Assembly (NCBI GenBank): GCA_964463155.1
Contig: CAYXAY010000014.1
Coordinates: forward strand, 1 to 16,987
Origin: an uncultured archaeon
GTDB lineage: Archaea; Iainarchaeota; Iainarchaeia; Iainarchaeales; CSSED10-239
Length of the DNA stretch: 16,987 bases
Direction: 5' to 3'
Shown: piece by piece, positions 1 to 7,287 of the stretch
How the letters are laid out: each line of letters starts with the position of its first letter
How positions within the stretch are numbered: position 1 is the first letter of the stretch
Notes under the pieces: generated by a model
What the model was told of the DNA's origin: nothing
The model's database searches: none
Seen by the model: only the letters and a program-made list of their open reading frames with translations
Made by a program: the position numbers and the translations under genes

Positions 1-299
1 ATATCGGTATTTTGAAACAAAAGCAAAGTGAAACGAATTTCGGCGTTCATCAGCACATTAATGTGCAGTATACTGTCGAGGATTTAATTACAAAATGCGT
101 CTTTTATAAAATATTCAAGTGCGATACCCATTCCGTTCATTCTGTTTTTATAATTAGTTGAATTAACTAATTTGTATGATTTTCACAAACATATGTTAAT
201 TATTGCATTTAATATATTCTTATACATCATTTCACCTAATATGTATATATATATAGTTACTTTCTATTTTTATTGCTTATGCTTATAAGATCACAGAAT

Positions 300-1328
300 C
301 TAGTCTGTGATTCCGTTCTCTGTGACTTGGTAGACCGCTTCACCGTCTGGTAGGCTTGGAGAGTCTACAAGTTTTGCTATTCTTTTAGAACCAGAACTTT
401 TCCTTAAATAGATTCTTGTCTTTGATGCGTGTTTAACAATGTTTCCACCAATAGCATCTGTTGGATCACCAAACAAAACATCTGGTCTTGACATTACTTG
501 GTTTGTAACAAAGACAACGGCGTTATAAAGTTCCGCAACCTTTTGTAAAGTTCTCATATGTCCATTAAGCTTTTGCTGTCTATCTGACAATTGCCCTCTT
601 CCTACAAATTCTGAACGAAATTGGCTTGTTAATGAATCAACAATAACTAGCTTAATGTTCTTCTCTTTAATAACTTCTTGTGCCTTGTCTGCAAGAAGCA
701 TTTGGTGATTGCTATTGTAGGCTCTTGCAACATAAATATTTTTCATAACCTTTTCTGGGTCCATCCCTCTAAATTTAGCGATTTGAGCAATTCTTTCTGG
801 TCTAAAGGAATTTTCTGTGTCAATATAAAGAACTCCGCCGTCAAGGCCCCCTTTGTCTTTTGGTAATTGGGCGAGAACGCAAAGTTGGAAGCACCACTGG
901 GATTTACCAGAAGCAAACATACCATAAACTTCTGTTATTGACTGGCTTTCAATTCCTCCGCCAAGTAGTTCATCAAGCTCTTTTGAACCAGTTGTTAGTC
1001 TTGCTATTGTCTTTCTTCGGTCCAATATTTTTTCTGCTGTTTCAAAGCCCATATCTAGTGAATCTCTTGCGGCTTTAATTGCTTTAATTGCAGTTCCTTC
1101 GCCAATACCAGCAACAGTCACTAATTCGCTTGGAGAAGCTACAGCTATTGCTTCTAAAGAATCATAACCTGCAGATAAAAGTTTTTCAGCTGAAGCAGGG
1201 CCAATTCCTGGAAGGTCAGTAATAGACATATTCTTTCCAGTATTCCCGCTTACTTCTTCAAGATTTTCAGAACAATCTTCATTATCAAACTCTAAAGTCA
1301 TTTCTTCTTCCTTTTTTCCCTTCTTCAT
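300..1328 (-). CDS. radA: DNA repair and recombination protein RadA (archaeal RecA/Rad51-family recombinase)
   Basis: 342-aa ORF. N-terminal helix-hairpin-helix region ([18 protein letters not shown]...[18 protein letters not shown]). Walker [10 protein letters not shown] fits GxxxxGK[ST]. Walker B-like [16 protein letters not shown]. The HhH domain argues for RadA rather than the shorter RadB. An acidic N-terminal extension of about 35 aa precedes the HhH. Confidence 0.93.
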   Translation of the reverse strand: MKKGKKEEEMTLEFDNEDCSENLEEVSGNTGKNMSITDLPGIGPASAEKLLSAGYDSLEAIAVASPSELVTVAGIGEGTAIKAIKAARDSLDMGFETAEKILDRRKTIARLTTGSKELDELLGGGIESQSITEVYGMFASGKSQWCFQLCVLAQLPKDKGGLDGGVLYIDTENSFRPERIAQIAKFRGMDPEKVMKNIYVARAYNSNHQMLLADKAQEVIKEKNIKLVIVDSLTSQFRSEFVGRGQLSDRQQKLNGHMRTLQKVAELYNAVVFVTNQVMSRPDVLFGDPTDAIGGNIVKHASKTRIYLRKSSGSKRIAKLVDSPSLPDGEAVYQVTENGITD

Positions 1329-1336
1329 ATATATTA

Positions 1337-1342
1337 CACCTC
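1337..1342 (-). promoter_or_regulatory. Shine-Dalgarno-like site GAGGTG upstream of radA
   Basis: The plus strand reads cacctc at 1337-1342, which is GAGGTG on the minus strand. It sits 8 nt upstream of the radA ATG (1326-1328) and is complementary to the conserved archaeal 16S 3' end (..CACCUCC..). Confidence 0.5.
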
Positions 1343-1390
1343 TTTTACTTTAAAAGTATTTGTTTTACTTATAATTATACTTGTATCTAA

Positions 1391-1526
1391 CTTTGGGGGT
1401 CATTTTCGGGGGGGTGGCTGTCCAGTGCGAGAGATCTTTTTCCCAAGAAAAATCAAAGAATTTTCTGGGCACAGAAAGCTTAAGTTTTCTTGTGTTTGAA
1501 AAGAAAAGTGCCTTCATCCCCAAAAG
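1391..1526 (+). ncRNA. Candidate small structured RNA of unclassified family (strand uncertain)
   Basis: This is a local G/C-rich island (gggggtcattttcgggggggtggctgtccagtgcgagag) inside an otherwise very AT-rich intergenic region. A closing helix pairs tttggggg (1392-1399) with tccccaaa (1517-1524). Nested helices are ggcac (1468-1472) with gtgcc (1508-1512), and agaaag (1473-1478) with tttTct (1485-1490). A TATA-like ttataatta lies about 20-25 nt upstream, and a T-run (gatttttaa, about 1560) lies downstream. I recognised no known family motif. Confidence 0.2.
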
Positions 1527-1635
1527 AACAAGATTAATTATATTGTCTACAGAAAGTTTTGATTTTTAACCAAAAAGCCTTTAAAAAGATTATATATTAT
1601 ATTATAGGAACTAATAAAGAATAATGTGAACAATT

Positions 1636-3420
1636 ATGGGAATGGACTATGAAAACATACGCTGGCTTAAAGAACTAGGTTCAACTGATTCTATAACTAT
1701 TGGAAGAAAAGCAGCAAGGCTTGCACAACTAGCATCAAGTGGAATAACGGTTCCAAGGGGCTTTGTTGTAACCTCTACTGAGTTTTTTAATTTTTTACAG
1801 ACTAATAATCTTAAATCAAAGATTTCTAAAATTTTAAGAAGCATAGATTATAATAATAAAGAAGATATTGAAAACAAATCTGCAGAGATTAAACAACTTC
1901 TTCTAAAAGGAAAATTAAACCAAGAAGCAGAAGTAAAAATCTACAAGTATTATGGAAAACTTGGAGACGCGGTTGGCGGTTGGCTTCCAAGCAGTGCTGA
2001 TGCCTTTGTTGCAGTCAGGTGTTCTGTTGTTTGTGAAGATGGAGAGGTATGTGATACTAAGTTTATTGAAAAAGAGGGGGGCGCCTTAAATATCAAAGGA
2101 AAGGCAGAATTAATAAAATGTTTAAAGGAAATTTGGGGAGTACTTTATAGTCCAGATGTTTTAATATATGCATACAAGAAAGGAATAAATGTTGAAAGAC
2201 TTGGAATTGGAGTAATTATTCAAAACATGATTACAGCAAAATATTCAGGAATAACAATTTCAAGCAAAAGTTCAACTGAACCTAACACCAGTGTTATTGA
2301 AGCAGTTTATGGTTTTGGGGCAGCGCATGTAATTAAAGAAATAATTCCTGATCATTATGAAACTCAGAAGAAGCCATATCAAACACTTGGAAAAACCATT
2401 TCAAGACAAGATTGGGAACTTAAAAGAATAAAGGGACGAACTGTTAAAGATGTTGTTCCTGAATCAGAAAGAGAAAAGCAAAAGGTTAATACCCATATCC
2501 TAAAAGACTTAACAAACACAGCAGTAAAGCTTGAAGAGTTTTTTGGAACACCACAAATAATTGAGTGGGCAATGGATAAAGCAGACATTTACATTATTTC
2601 TTCAGAAGCAATAAACCCTAATGCTGCAGAAAAGACAAAGAAAAGCCCTCAGCAAAAGATTAGCTCTTTTAAAAATCAATTATTGTTAAAAGGAGTTGGA
2701 GTAAATGGAGATATTATTAATGGTGGTGTTGTTAATGTCATGAACTATAATGATCTTGAAAAAGTAAATAACGAATCAATAATTGTAACTGCAATGACTG
2801 ATCCGGAAATGGTTGGAGCAATGAAAATTGCTAGAGGAATTATTACTAATGCCGGAAGTTCGCTTTGTCATGCGGCAGTGATAGCTAAAGACATTGATAA
2901 ACCGTGTATTGTCGGAACAAGATTTGCAACAGAACAACTTCTTGATGGTGAAAAGATTCAGATGAATGGTAAGACTGGAGAAATATATGCTGTTGTTTCT
3001 CTTGATGTTGTTGATATTCATCCAAAAGAAGATGATTTCTTAGATGAAAAAGAACAAAGAACAAAAAAACTTTGGGAAGAACAAAGAGAACTAAGAGAAA
3101 AAGGAGCAGTAATTATCAATAAAAAAAAACCAAAAAAAGCAACTGTTCCGGGACACATTATATTTAATGACCCTGTTGAGAATAAACCCTCTCCCAAATT
3201 AGAAATCAAAGAAGACAAATATGTTGATTCTCAAGGAAGACTAAACATTAAGGATTTAAACCATATTGATGTTGAAAAGGTCAAGCATATTGTTATACCA
3301 ATAGATGTGTTGTTTTGTGCTGCAGATATTGCTAAATTAAAAAACGAATATCCTGGTTCTGTTTGTCTGATTGCAAAAGAAAAGATAAAAAAAGTCTTAA
3401 AAGATATTAAAGAACTTTAA
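1636..3420 (+). CDS. PEP-utilizing enzyme family protein with a PpsA/PPDK-type N-terminal ATP-grasp nucleotide-binding domain and a phosphohistidine swivel domain, but no PEP/pyruvate-binding TIM-barrel domain
   Basis: 594-aa ORF. The N-terminus IGRKAARLAQLASSGITVPRGFVVT resembles the vGgKnAsLgem..g..vP.GF motif of pyruvate,water dikinase. The mobile domain IVTAMTDPEMVGAMKIARGIITNAGSSLCHAAVIAKDIDKPCIVGT retains the catalytic His (CHAA, versus canonical TSHAA). The final ~130 aa are a Lys/Glu-rich tail plus a short hydrophobic segment, not the C-terminal PEP-utilizers_C domain. Confidence 0.8.
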   Translation: MGMDYENIRWLKELGSTDSITIGRKAARLAQLASSGITVPRGFVVTSTEFFNFLQTNNLKSKISKILRSIDYNNKEDIENKSAEIKQLLLKGKLNQEAEVKIYKYYGKLGDAVGGWLPSSADAFVAVRCSVVCEDGEVCDTKFIEKEGGALNIKGKAELIKCLKEIWGVLYSPDVLIYAYKKGINVERLGIGVIIQNMITAKYSGITISSKSSTEPNTSVIEAVYGFGAAHVIKEIIPDHYETQKKPYQTLGKTISRQDWELKRIKGRTVKDVVPESEREKQKVNTHILKDLTNTAVKLEEFFGTPQIIEWAMDKADIYIISSEAINPNAAEKTKKSPQQKISSFKNQLLLKGVGVNGDIINGGVVNVMNYNDLEKVNNESIIVTAMTDPEMVGAMKIARGIITNAGSSLCHAAVIAKDIDKPCIVGTRFATEQLLDGEKIQMNGKTGEIYAVVSLDVVDIHPKEDDFLDEKEQRTKKLWEEQRELREKGAVIINKKKPKKATVPGHIIFNDPVENKPSPKLEIKEDKYVDSQGRLNIKDLNHIDVEKVKHIVIPIDVLFCAADIAKLKNEYPGSVCLIAKEKIKKVLKDIKEL

Positions 3421-3427
3421 GATTAAG

Positions 3428-3498
3428 AGCCTTGGCAGAGAGTCGAACTCTGTTCTTTCACTCTGCAGGCGAATGCATAACCGGTCTGCCACCAAGGC
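3428..3498 (-). tRNA. tRNA-Cys (anticodon GCA), CCA not encoded
   Basis: The reverse complement folds by hand into a 71-nt cloverleaf. Acceptor stem is GCCTTGG/CCAAGGC. D arm is GCAG-ACCGGTT-ATGC. Anticodon arm is TTCGC-CTGCAGA-GTGAA, giving U33 and anticodon GCA. Variable loop is AGAA. T arm is CAGAG-TTCGACT-CTCTG. The discriminator is U73, the known Cys identity element. The segment is GC-rich relative to its flanks. Confidence 0.9.
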
Positions 3499-3579
3499 AT
3501 CTCTGTTCTTTATATAATTTAGGAACAAATATGTTTTTAAAAGAACAACTTCTTAAAAAGTTCTATCTATTATTTATTT

Positions 3580-4761
3580 ATGAGAATTGCAATTATTAGT
3601 GATTGGCATCTTGGAGTTGATTTTGATTCTGAACTTGGGAAGGATTCCTTTACTAATCTTTATTCTGCGTTTAAGCAGCTTGAAAAACAAGATATTGATC
3701 TTTTGCTAGTACCTGGAGACCTTTTTGATGTTCCTGTTCCAAGCCATGAGGTGCTTTTTGAGACAATTTCAATTTTAAATGATTTAAATTTAAAAAATAA
3801 GTTTTCAGAAATTTCTGGAAAGCTTCCAATCTTAGCAATCATTGGAAACCACGAGTATCGCTCAAAGGACTATGTTACAACTGTTGAACTTTTGGAGTCC
3901 CTTGGCTTTTTAAAACTTTTAAAGGCTGATTGCTTGAAGTTTGAAAAAGAAAAGGTTGCGGTTTTTGGAATGACTGGGCTTCCCGAAAAATATGCTAAAG
4001 ATTATCTTCTTGAAAAGTTTAATCCAAAGCCATTAAGCGGGCATTATAATATCTTGATGATACATCAATCAATTGTTGAATATCTTCCATTTGAAGACGA
4101 GATGGTTGCTACAATTTCTTTAAGCGACCTTCCAAGTGGTTTTGATTTAATAATCAATGGTCATCTACACTGGGCAAGCGTTGTTGATCTTCCTAAAGGG
4201 GAAAAGTTTCTTCTTCCTGGCTCAACAGTAACTACACAAATTAAACAAAAAGAAACAGAAAAAGAAAAAGGTTATTTTATTCTTGATACAGACAAGAAAT
4301 CTATGGATTTCTTTGAAATAAAAGATATAAGAAAAAGCCATTATATTGATTTGAAGTTTTCTAAAAAACCAATTTCTGAAATTATTTTACAAATAAAAGA
4401 AAGGCTTGAAAAGTTAGAGAAAACCCCTAAAAAAAAAGCGCTTGTAAGAATTAGGCTTAAAGGAGAACTAGAGGTTGGAGAGATTTTAAAAAACCTTGAT
4501 ATCAATTCTATCAAAAAGGAATACTCTGATTCTTTTTTTATTTCAATTAAAAATGACATTTCTGAAAAGAAACTAAAAGAAAGCATAGAGCAGCTAAAAA
4601 AACTGCAAACAGACAACAAAAACATAACTGAACTTGCAAAATCAATTTTTTTGGAACAGATAGAACAGACAAAAGTTTCAAAAGACTTTGAGTATAGGCG
4701 AATCTATGAGCTTTTGGAGAACGGCGATGTGGAAAAGGCAAAAGAACTTTTAAAAACATAA
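3580..4761 (+). CDS. mre11: Mre11-type DNA double-strand-break repair nuclease (calcineurin-like metallophosphoesterase)
   Basis: 393-aa ORF with the ordered phosphoesterase motifs ISDWHLG (DxH), GDLFD (GDxxD), GNHE, MIHQS (H) and GHLH. The C-terminal half is a charged, probably helical region. Confidence 0.82.
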   Translation: MRIAIISDWHLGVDFDSELGKDSFTNLYSAFKQLEKQDIDLLLVPGDLFDVPVPSHEVLFETISILNDLNLKNKFSEISGKLPILAIIGNHEYRSKDYVTTVELLESLGFLKLLKADCLKFEKEKVAVFGMTGLPEKYAKDYLLEKFNPKPLSGHYNILMIHQSIVEYLPFEDEMVATISLSDLPSGFDLIINGHLHWASVVDLPKGEKFLLPGSTVTTQIKQKETEKEKGYFILDTDKKSMDFFEIKDIRKSHYIDLKFSKKPISEIILQIKERLEKLEKTPKKKALVRIRLKGELEVGEILKNLDINSIKKEYSDSFFISIKNDISEKKLKESIEQLKKLQTDNKNITELAKSIFLEQIEQTKVSKDFEYRRIYELLENGDVEKAKELLKT

Positions 4762-4770
4762 ATCAAAAGC

Positions 4771-4780
4771 AATATATATT
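4771..4780 (+). promoter_or_regulatory. Putative TATA box for a leaderless ArsR/Fe-S operon transcript
   Basis: aatatatatt is centred about 26 nt upstream of the ATG at 4801. No SD-like purine tract lies between them. This spacing fits an archaeal TATA-to-TSS distance with a leaderless mRNA. Confidence 0.35.
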
Positions 4781-4800
4781 ACTTTATACCTAATATACAT

Positions 4801-5106
4801 ATGAAATGCGTATCATATGACTTCTTCTCTGTAATTGGAAATAGACTTAGATGGAATATTGTTAAAAAACTTTATAAGTCAGAGATGACTGTAACTGCGC
4901 TTTGCCTTGCTCTTGAGGAAGAACAATCCAAGATTAGTCATAGCCTAAGGGTCTTACTTGATTGTAATATTGTTTTTTCCAAAAGGTCTGGAAAAAATAT
5001 CATTTATTCCATTAACAAGAAAACAATAAGGCCACTTGTTAAGATTGTTAACCAGCACACAAAGGACTTTTGCAAAAAATGCCATAAAAAAGAGGACCAG
5101 AAATGA
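4801..5106 (+). CDS. ArsR/SmtB-family winged-helix transcriptional regulator
   Basis: 101-aa ORF. LRWNIVKKLYKSEMTVTALCLALEEEQSKISHSLRVLLDCNIVFSKRSGKNIIYSIN matches the ArsR HTH plus wing pattern (R..IL..L....v.eL...l...qs.vShHL..L...g.v...r.G....Y.l). The C-terminus has CKKCH (CxxC). The stop overlaps the next gene's start (ATGA at 5103-5106). Confidence 0.8.
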   Translation: MKCVSYDFFSVIGNRLRWNIVKKLYKSEMTVTALCLALEEEQSKISHSLRVLLDCNIVFSKRSGKNIIYSINKKTIRPLVKIVNQHTKDFCKKCHKKEDQK

Positions 5107-6266
5107 AAAAAACAATCTATCTTGATAATGCTGCAACAACAAAGATGCATTATTCTGTAAAGGAAGTAATGGCAGAAGCTGAAGAAAAATGGTTTGGTAA
5201 TTCCTCTAGTCTTCATAAAATTGGAAGGGACTCTAAGGATGAACTTGACAAGGCTAGAGAAAAGATTTTAAAAAAAGTCAATTCAAAGAACCACAAACTA
5301 ATCTTTACTTCTGGGGGAACCGAAAGCAATAATTTTGCTATTAAGGGTCTTGCTGAAGCTAACAAAACCAAGAAACACATAATAACAACAAAGATAGAAC
5401 ATGATTCTGTTATTAACACTACTAAGTTTTTAGAAAAGCAAGGATATCAAGTAACTTATCTTGATGTTGATAAGTTTGGTTTTGTTAAGATTGATGGGCT
5501 TGTTAAAGCATTAAAAAAAGAAACATTATTGGTGTCAGTAATACAAGGAAACAATGAGATTGGAACTATACAAAATATTAAAGAGATTTCAAAGATTGTT
5601 CGTGACAACGGAAGCCTTTTGCATGTTGACGCCTGCCAAAGCTTTACAAAGATTCCAATTGACATTGAAAAAGAAAATATTGATCTTTTAACAATTAACG
5701 CTCATAAGATTTATGGACCAAAAGGTGTTGGGGGTCTTTTTATAAGAGAAGAAATTAGATTTGAACCATTGCTTCTTGGCGGAGGACACGAATATAAACT
5801 TAGAAGCGGAACCGTTAATGTTCCTGGAATAGTGGGGTTTTCTAAGTCTACAGAGGTTATTGGTGAAAAAGAAATAGAACACATGACAACTCGTAGAAAC
5901 CAACTAGTTAATGGTCTAAAAAATATTGAAGACTCTTGGCTAAATGGCCCTGGTCTTGATTCTGGAAAAAGACTTTGCAATAATGCAAATATTTCGTTTA
6001 TGTATGCTGAAGGAGAAGCTATTCTTCTTTATCTTGATGCTCTTGGAATTTCTGTTTCAACTGGTTCTGCCTGTTCTTCAAATACCCTTGAACCAAGCCA
6101 TGTTCTAAAGGCCATTGGCTTAAAGCAAGAACAGACGCACGGAACTGTTAGGCTTTCTGTTGGAATTGATAACACTAAAGAAGAAATTAAATTTGTTGTT
6201 GATTCTGTTAAAAATGTTGTTGAAAGATTGCGAAAAATAAATCCATATAAATACAAGGGGAAATAA
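5103..6266 (+). CDS. iscS: Cysteine desulfurase (NifS/IscS class, PLP-dependent)
   Basis: 387-aa ORF. N-terminus IYLDNAATT, then FTSGGTESNN. PLP-lysine motif INAHKIYGPKGVGGLF. Active-site cysteine loop STGSACSS. AGAGGA SD-like tract about 8 nt upstream. Confidence 0.92.
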   Translation: MKKTIYLDNAATTKMHYSVKEVMAEAEEKWFGNSSSLHKIGRDSKDELDKAREKILKKVNSKNHKLIFTSGGTESNNFAIKGLAEANKTKKHIITTKIEHDSVINTTKFLEKQGYQVTYLDVDKFGFVKIDGLVKALKKETLLVSVIQGNNEIGTIQNIKEISKIVRDNGSLLHVDACQSFTKIPIDIEKENIDLLTINAHKIYGPKGVGGLFIREEIRFEPLLLGGGHEYKLRSGTVNVPGIVGFSKSTEVIGEKEIEHMTTRRNQLVNGLKNIEDSWLNGPGLDSGKRLCNNANISFMYAEGEAILLYLDALGISVSTGSACSSNTLEPSHVLKAIGLKQEQTHGTVRLSVGIDNTKEEIKFVVDSVKNVVERLRKINPYKYKGK

Positions 6267-6268
6267 TT

Positions 6269-6721
6269 ATGGAAAAATATTCAAAAAAAGTTATGGAAAA
6301 CTTTATGAAACCAAAGAATATGGGCGAAATAAGAAACGCAGACGGTGTTGGAAAAGTGGGCAACCCTTCCTGTGGTGACATTCTTTGGTTATACATTAAG
6401 GTTTCAAAAAACAAGCAAGGTAAAGAAATAATTAAAGACATAAAGTTTAAGACTCTTGGTTGTGCTGCCGCAATTGCAACATCTTCAATGATAACAGAAC
6501 TTGCAAAAGGAAAGGCACTTGAAGACGCTTTTAATATTACAACGGCAGATGTTGCTGCTTCTCTTGATGGTCTTCCGCCAATCAAGATGCATTGCTCAAA
6601 TCTTGCTTCAGATTGTCTTAAAGCAGCAATAAATAATTATTATTCCAAACAAGGAAAGAAAACAAATATAAAGAAATCCACTCATTGTTGTTCTAATAAG
6701 AAGTGTAGTCATAAAAAATAA
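6269..6721 (+). CDS. iscU: IscU/NifU-N-type Fe-S cluster scaffold protein with a Cys/His-rich C-terminal tail
   Basis: 150-aa ORF with the three scaffold cysteine motifs GNPSCGD, LGCAAAIATSS and MHCSNLASDCLKAAI. An extra tail STHCCSNKKCSHKK follows. The gene starts 2 nt after the desulfurase stop. Confidence 0.9.
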   Translation: MEKYSKKVMENFMKPKNMGEIRNADGVGKVGNPSCGDILWLYIKVSKNKQGKEIIKDIKFKTLGCAAAIATSSMITELAKGKALEDAFNITTADVAASLDGLPPIKMHCSNLASDCLKAAINNYYSKQGKKTNIKKSTHCCSNKKCSHKK

Positions 6722-6734
6722 AGGGGGTAGATAT

Positions 6735-7007
6735 ATGAAGGTAGATCAACATACTAAACTAGGGAAAATAATGAAGCTAAAGGGAATAAACAAAATACTT
6801 GAAAAACATAAAGTCCCTTGCGTTAGCTGTCCAATGGCTAAGTTTGAAATGGATTCGCTTGAGATTGGAACTGTTTGTGACATGTATGGTTTGAACAAAA
6901 AAGAGCTTATATTAGATATCAATCATATTCTAAAGCATAAAAGCAAAGTAGAAAAACCAAAACCCAAAAGAAAAGTCAAAAGGGCAGAATTATTATCATA
7001 CCTATAA
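6735..7007 (+). CDS. DUF1858-like protein (hybrid-cluster-protein-associated redox disulfide domain) with a basic C-terminal tail
   Basis: 90-aa ORF. ILEKHKVPCVSCPMAKFEMDSLEIGTVCDMYGLNKKELILDIN resembles the DUF1858 pattern (f...gm.C.gCp.s..esleeaa..hgid...ll.eLn). GGGGGT SD-like tract about 8 nt upstream. It is the last gene of the Fe-S operon. Confidence 0.65.
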   Translation: MKVDQHTKLGKIMKLKGINKILEKHKVPCVSCPMAKFEMDSLEIGTVCDMYGLNKKELILDINHILKHKSKVEKPKPKRKVKRAELLSYL

Positions 7008-7287
7008 TTGCAGTTAATAGGTTTGCAACAAAAGAAATTATGGTTGCTTTTTTATAATTTATTTCAAATAGCCACTTTATTAAAAATATTTCTGTCAAAA
7101 AAACGCCGATTTCTATTATTATTAAGTAATTAAATTTTGCATAAGCTATTGTTGCAATTGGATGGGTAAAACAATTAATAAGTATTACAAAAAACACCAT
7201 TCTTGTGATTGGTTTTTTTATAAAAAAGAAATAGGTAATTAATTCAAAAATAATTGTAATAAATAACAAAAAAAAATAGCTATACAT
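6976..7287 (-). CDS. Small polytopic membrane protein (about 4 predicted TM helices), function unknown
   Basis: 103-aa, very hydrophobic ORF (YFFLLFITIIFELITYFFFI, MVFFVILINCFTHPIATIAY, YLIIIEIGVFLTEIFLIKWLF, ATIISFVANLLTAIIGMIIILPF). Its ATG (7285-7287) directly abuts the TAA stop (7288-7290) of the upstream gene, implying co-transcription. Confidence 0.6.
   Translation of the reverse strand: MYSYFFLLFITIIFELITYFFFIKKPITRMVFFVILINCFTHPIATIAYAKFNYLIIIEIGVFLTEIFLIKWLFEINYKKATIISFVANLLTAIIGMIIILPF

Noticed and set aside
1-50. Possible 5' end of a minus-strand gene running off the left edge (ATG at 48-50, MNAEIRFTLLLFQNTD..)
   Set aside because: Only about 16 codons are visible and no motif or RBS is present. 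This is too little evidence to call a feature.
244-255. (TA)6 microsatellite and nearby gcttat-gcttat direct repeat downstream of radA
   Set aside because: These are short, low-complexity A/T repeats expected by chance in this composition. No array structure is present.
678-1078. Antisense or alternative-frame ORFs of 60-125 aa inside larger genes. Examples are 678-866, 743-925, 860-1078, 1647-1844, 2379-2588, 2776-3021, 3018-3218, 3660-3842, 4341-4759, 4954-5216, 5213-6585, 7475-7675, 8144-8482, 8948-9241, 9772-10065, 10189-10439, 11123-11347, 13061-13255, 13556-13829, 14367-14573, 15282-15647 and 16391-16597.
   Set aside because: All lie within or opposite ORFs that have strong family signatures. 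Their translations are low-complexity, with Ser/Leu/Phe/Cys-rich shadows typical of frames antisense to Lys/Glu-rich AT-rich genes. They have no recognisable motifs or RBS.
1381-1569. 62-aa ORF in the radA/pps-like intergenic region
   Set aside because: It starts with TTG, has no in-frame ATG, no SD and no recognisable motif. It coincides with the GC-rich self-complementary island, which is better explained as a possible RNA element or as spacer.
3121-3138. A9 and A7 homopolymer runs inside the pps-like gene, considered as a frameshift or pseudogene site
   Set aside because: The reading frame runs through uninterrupted (NKKKPKKA) to a normal stop at 3420. The runs simply encode a poly-Lys linker. 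They are mentioned only as a place where sequencing error could hide a frameshift.
3421-3579. tRNA-Cys as a possible integration hotspot or genomic-island boundary
   Set aside because: There is no integrase, no duplicated tRNA 3'-end (att-like) repeat elsewhere in the window, and the flanking genes are housekeeping.
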